A stretch of DNA of 64,000 bases from Promethearchaeota archaeon (GTDB taxonomy: Archaea; Asgardarchaeota; Lokiarchaeia; Sigyniarchaeales; SOKP01). The notes beneath the pieces were generated by a model, which did no database searches, was not told the origin of the DNA, and worked only from the letters and a program-made list of their open reading frames with translations. The stretch's first letter is position 1. Every line of letters starts with the position of its first letter. Below are positions 60,911 through 64,000 of the stretch, piece by piece. Location: NCBI GenBank assembly GCA_048937405.1, contig JBHLNF010000001.1:560685-624684 (forward strand). The letters are read 5' to 3'. The translations under genes were made by a program, and so were the position numbers.

Positions 60911-61218
60911 AATCTTCTTTATTTATGTATAATTTTAATCATAGATTTTTTTTTAAATTTAAAAATTTTATTGCTGTGTTACATGTAACATATAATACCA
61001 ATATAAAAATTTTTGGATTGAATTAATATATCATTATTTACTAAAAACTGAATTAAATAACCAATTATTAAATGTAAATCATTAAATTTCTCCAAATTAA
61101 TATTCAGAATTATATCCAAGTTCTGTCGGATTTCTAGGGGTTGATTTCCACTAAACCTTTAAATATATCACTCTCGTATATATTTTTATCAATTAAAATA
61201 AAAAAATTGATGCATAAG

Positions 61219-61440
61219 ATGAAACTTATTTCTGTAAACTTGCCTGAATCTTATCTTAAAGTTCTAGAGATACTGGTAATTGATGGAAAATTCCCAAATC
61301 GATCTGAAGCAATTAGAGTAGCAATTAGAGATCTAATTAAAACAGAATATTTAATAGAAGAATCTGTAACTAGGGATATTGCTCCTAATATTATTAAATC
61401 AGAAGTAGAAAATGAACTTCAAAATAATTTATTAAACTAA
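61219..61440 (+). CDS. Ribbon-helix-helix (CopG/Arc-MetJ) protein
   Basis: MKLISVNLPESYL...GKFPNRSEAIRVAIRDLI; start moved from 61141 to ATG 61219. Confidence 0.9.
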   Translation: MKLISVNLPESYLKVLEILVIDGKFPNRSEAIRVAIRDLIKTEYLIEESVTRDIAPNIIKSEVENELQNNLLN

Positions 61441-61489
61441 TATTATTTTTTTTTTCTTTATTAGAAAATAATAAAGTAAAGAAACTCTA

Positions 61490-64000
61490 TTACTTCTCAC
61501 GTTTTCCTAACAAATCTAAAACCTTTTTTCTTCTCTCTTCTCGTCTAGCTGCAATCCTTCTTCTTAGAATTTCCATTTCATCCTCAATAGGTTCTTGTCC
61601 AGCTTTAGTCGATTCCCTTAATGGTTTTTTACTAACTTTACTCCTAAATTCTTTAATTTTGTTGTCAATTTCTTTGACGATTTCCTTTCCCAAATTTAAT
61701 TCTTCAAGTTTGAATTTAGCTTCGTTTAATTCAGAAATTACTTTCATAAACTGGTTATTATTGGCAGATATTTGAGCCTCATCTAAAGCTTTATATGCTG
61801 CTATAAAGATTCCATTCTTAGACTCTTCAATATCTACATCTATTGTTATTAATGGAATTTCTGATATGGATTTATAATTATTGATCTTTTCATAAATTCT
61901 CTCAATTTCGTCATGCTTCTCTAATTTCTTTAACTTTTGGACTTCTTCTCGTAATATTAATATTCCCTCATTATATTTGAGGCTATCTAATAACTTATAT
62001 GCATTGTTTAATTTGATGGAAATTTTTTTATCAAGTTCTCTCTTAGCCGCTTCTTTTCTTTCGTCTTTTTTTTGTTTCTCAAGTTTTTTGCGTTCTTTTT
62101 TAGCATCCTCTTGTAAAAGAGCAATTTGTTTTTCTTCTTCAATTTTCTTTGTCTTAATTTCTTCAAAAAGCTCTGCTTGCTTCTGTTCTCTTTTGAGCTT
62201 AAACAGAAGTTCATTATTTATTCTTGATACTTCTCGTTGCCAAAATATTTTTTGGAATAAGTCCCGAGCAGTTATATATTTCTCATAAGCCTGAGTAAAT
62301 TTACCATCATTCATTAGAGCTGTACCTTCTTCTAAAAGTTCATATGCTTCTTCAGAAGTTTGCCTTTCCTGTTCTTTTTCTGTCTGAATTTTTAAGATCT
62401 CTTTACGTTTCTCTTCTTGTTGTTGCTTTTTTATTAATTCTGTTTCAATCATTTTCTTTTCTAAGAGTTCTTCCATTTGTTTTTTTTGAGCTTTTTTATC
62501 TTCAAGAGCTTTTTGTTCAAGTTCAAAAGCTTTTTTCTTATTATTAATCATGACAACTGAATCTCGAACCATATTGATGCCTTCTTCCCATTTTATATCA
62601 ATGAATATTTTTTCACTTTCTTTATAGAATTCTATAGCTTTTTCAAAATTCTCTTGTCTCAGTTCACGTTTAGCTTGATCCATCAAACGAAAAGCCTTGT
62701 CTTTTTGAGTTTCAAATTGAGCTACTCTTTCTTTTCTTAAATCCAAATTTTGTTTTTTTTGTTGGAGCAGTTTCTCTTGCTCTATTCGTGCCTTTTCTAA
62801 TAATCTTTGTTGAATTACTAATTCTTCTTCTCTCTTTTTAACCTTTTCTATTTCTAAAGCTCTAAATTTTTTGTCCTGTTCTAACTTTTCTTTATAATAA
62901 TTTATTGTATCAATTAGTTTAGCAGATTCTTCCTTCCAATCAATTTCCTCAAATCGCTTGCGAGCTTTACGATAAATTTCAATAATTTTTTCATATGGAG
63001 CTTCATAATCAAAAATACCCGCTTTTAGCTTTATTTCATATTCTTGAGCCATTCTCTCAGCATCTTGAATCATTTTAAAGATTCTTTCAGCTGTTTCATC
63101 AGCTTTATTTCGTTTTTCCTCAAATTCAGATAATCTTTTCTGTCTTTCTAGAAACTCTTTTTTTGTATCTGCCTTAAAGAGTTCCAAATCAATTTTTGGT
63201 TGTTCTAATTTTTCTTGTTCGATTTTTCTTAATTTCTCATCTTTTTCTTTTTTATCTTTATAAAAATTTATGGTTTTATTTAATCGATTAGCTTCATCTC
63301 TCCATCCGATTTTTGTAAATAGTTCTCTGGCTTCTTCATAATTAGATATTGCTTTATTATATGGACTTTCATATACTAGAATATCTTTCTTGATACTTAA
63401 TTCATATTTTTTAACTGCTTTTTCTGTATCATCAATAAGATTCATTGCCTTATCTAATATTATATCCTCTTCTTTAAATTCTGTTTCGAGTTCTTTTATT
63501 TTATCTGGTTTAGCAGGTTTAATTTCACTTTTATCAATTTTTTTTAATTCTTCGAGTTCTTTTTCTCTTTGAGCTTTTTGAGCTTCAATTTCCATTAATT
63601 TTTCATGTTTCTCTAATTTTTCTTGGTAGATTTTTATTTGATTTGCATAGATTTCTGATTGCTCTCTCCAGCCTCTCGCATAGACTTTTTCTCTTAGATT
63701 TTCGTAAATCTCAATTATTTCAGAATAAGGGGTCTCTTTTAATACCCCTCCTTCTTTGATAGCTTTTTTCATTGCCAAATCAAATTCCCTTTCGCGTTTT
63801 TCTGCTTTATTAACCATCTCCATAATATAGTTTTGGAATTCTTTTTCTTCCTCCTTTTTCTTAATAATATCCAATTTTTTTTGGTCAGGTTCTTCAACTT
63901 TTTCTATTTTATGCATCTCTTCAAGTTCTTTTTCTCTTTGAGCTTTTTGAGCTTCAATTTCCATTAATTTTTCATGTTTCTCTAATTTTTCTTGGTAGAT
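61490..64000 (-). CDS. Large helical-repeat/coiled-coil protein, 5' end outside the window
   Basis: Frame open to the window edge; recurring YxxAxxxFxxIxWxxE units about every 100-125 aa separated by E/K-rich coiled coil. Confidence 0.88.
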   Translation of the reverse strand: MYQEKLEKHEKLMEIEAQKAQREKELEEMHKIEKVEEPDQKKLDIIKKKEEEKEFQNYIMEMVNKAEKREREFDLAMKKAIKEGGVLKETPYSEIIEIYENLREKVYARGWREQSEIYANQIKIYQEKLEKHEKLMEIEAQKAQREKELEELKKIDKSEIKPAKPDKIKELETEFKEEDIILDKAMNLIDDTEKAVKKYELSIKKDILVYESPYNKAISNYEEARELFTKIGWRDEANRLNKTINFYKDKKEKDEKLRKIEQEKLEQPKIDLELFKADTKKEFLERQKRLSEFEEKRNKADETAERIFKMIQDAERMAQEYEIKLKAGIFDYEAPYEKIIEIYRKARKRFEEIDWKEESAKLIDTINYYKEKLEQDKKFRALEIEKVKKREEELVIQQRLLEKARIEQEKLLQQKKQNLDLRKERVAQFETQKDKAFRLMDQAKRELRQENFEKAIEFYKESEKIFIDIKWEEGINMVRDSVVMINNKKKAFELEQKALEDKKAQKKQMEELLEKKMIETELIKKQQQEEKRKEILKIQTEKEQERQTSEEAYELLEEGTALMNDGKFTQAYEKYITARDLFQKIFWQREVSRINNELLFKLKREQKQAELFEEIKTKKIEEEKQIALLQEDAKKERKKLEKQKKDERKEAAKRELDKKISIKLNNAYKLLDSLKYNEGILILREEVQKLKKLEKHDEIERIYEKINNYKSISEIPLITIDVDIEESKNGIFIAAYKALDEAQISANNNQFMKVISELNEAKFKLEELNLGKEIVKEIDNKIKEFRSKVSKKPLRESTKAGQEPIEDEMEILRRRIAARREERRKKVLDLLGKREK
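63555..64000. repeat. Identical 77-bp intragenic direct repeat (63555-63631 and 63924-64000)
   Basis: Copies match base for base, spaced 369 bp (123 codons); the second is cut by the window end. Confidence 0.9.

Noticed and set aside
145-63572. Short ORF-track entries overlapping long genes (e.g. 145-390, 9880-10200, 24200-24508, 50120-50488, 61977-62288)
   Set aside because: Antisense or alternate-frame shadows of well-supported CDSs.
1-64000. CRISPR arrays, tRNA/rRNA genes, IS elements
   Set aside because: No regularly spaced repeats, no GC-rich structural RNA stretches and no transposase-like ORFs were seen by eye.

Overview
AT-rich archaeal chromosomal segment, most consistent with Asgard archaea of the Lokiarchaeia type (TFB, RFC subunits, TrmB, eukaryote-type SECIS, longin-like fusion; taxonomy is inference). 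Housekeeping content: 5' part of a leuA/cimA-family synthase, pyruvate kinase, grpE-dnaK-dnaJ-clpB-tfb, pepT, and three RFC subunits. Signals absent from the ORF track: (1) two adjacent redox genes (C-GCAxxG-C-C family and AhpD/CMD family), each with an in-frame UGA at a conserved Cys position, followed by a single eukaryote-type SECIS hairpin at 18111-18156, i.e. a probable two-selenoprotein unit; (2) a 33-codon leader ORF ending in seven consecutive Leu codons plus a hairpin directly upstream of the leuA-like gene, i.e. a candidate leucine attenuator in an archaeon. Also notable: a 12.5-kb PadR / 2x BtrH-like / methyltransferase / class II UvrA / double-length UvrA / prenyltransferase-repeat / VOC cluster, a fused 2x6TM potassium channel, a receiver domain fused to a longin/uDENN-like domain, a catalytically degenerate second small RFC subunit, a duplicated Fe-S module with a copied promoter, and several operator-like palindromes. 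No rRNA, tRNA, CRISPR array or transposase was recognised.
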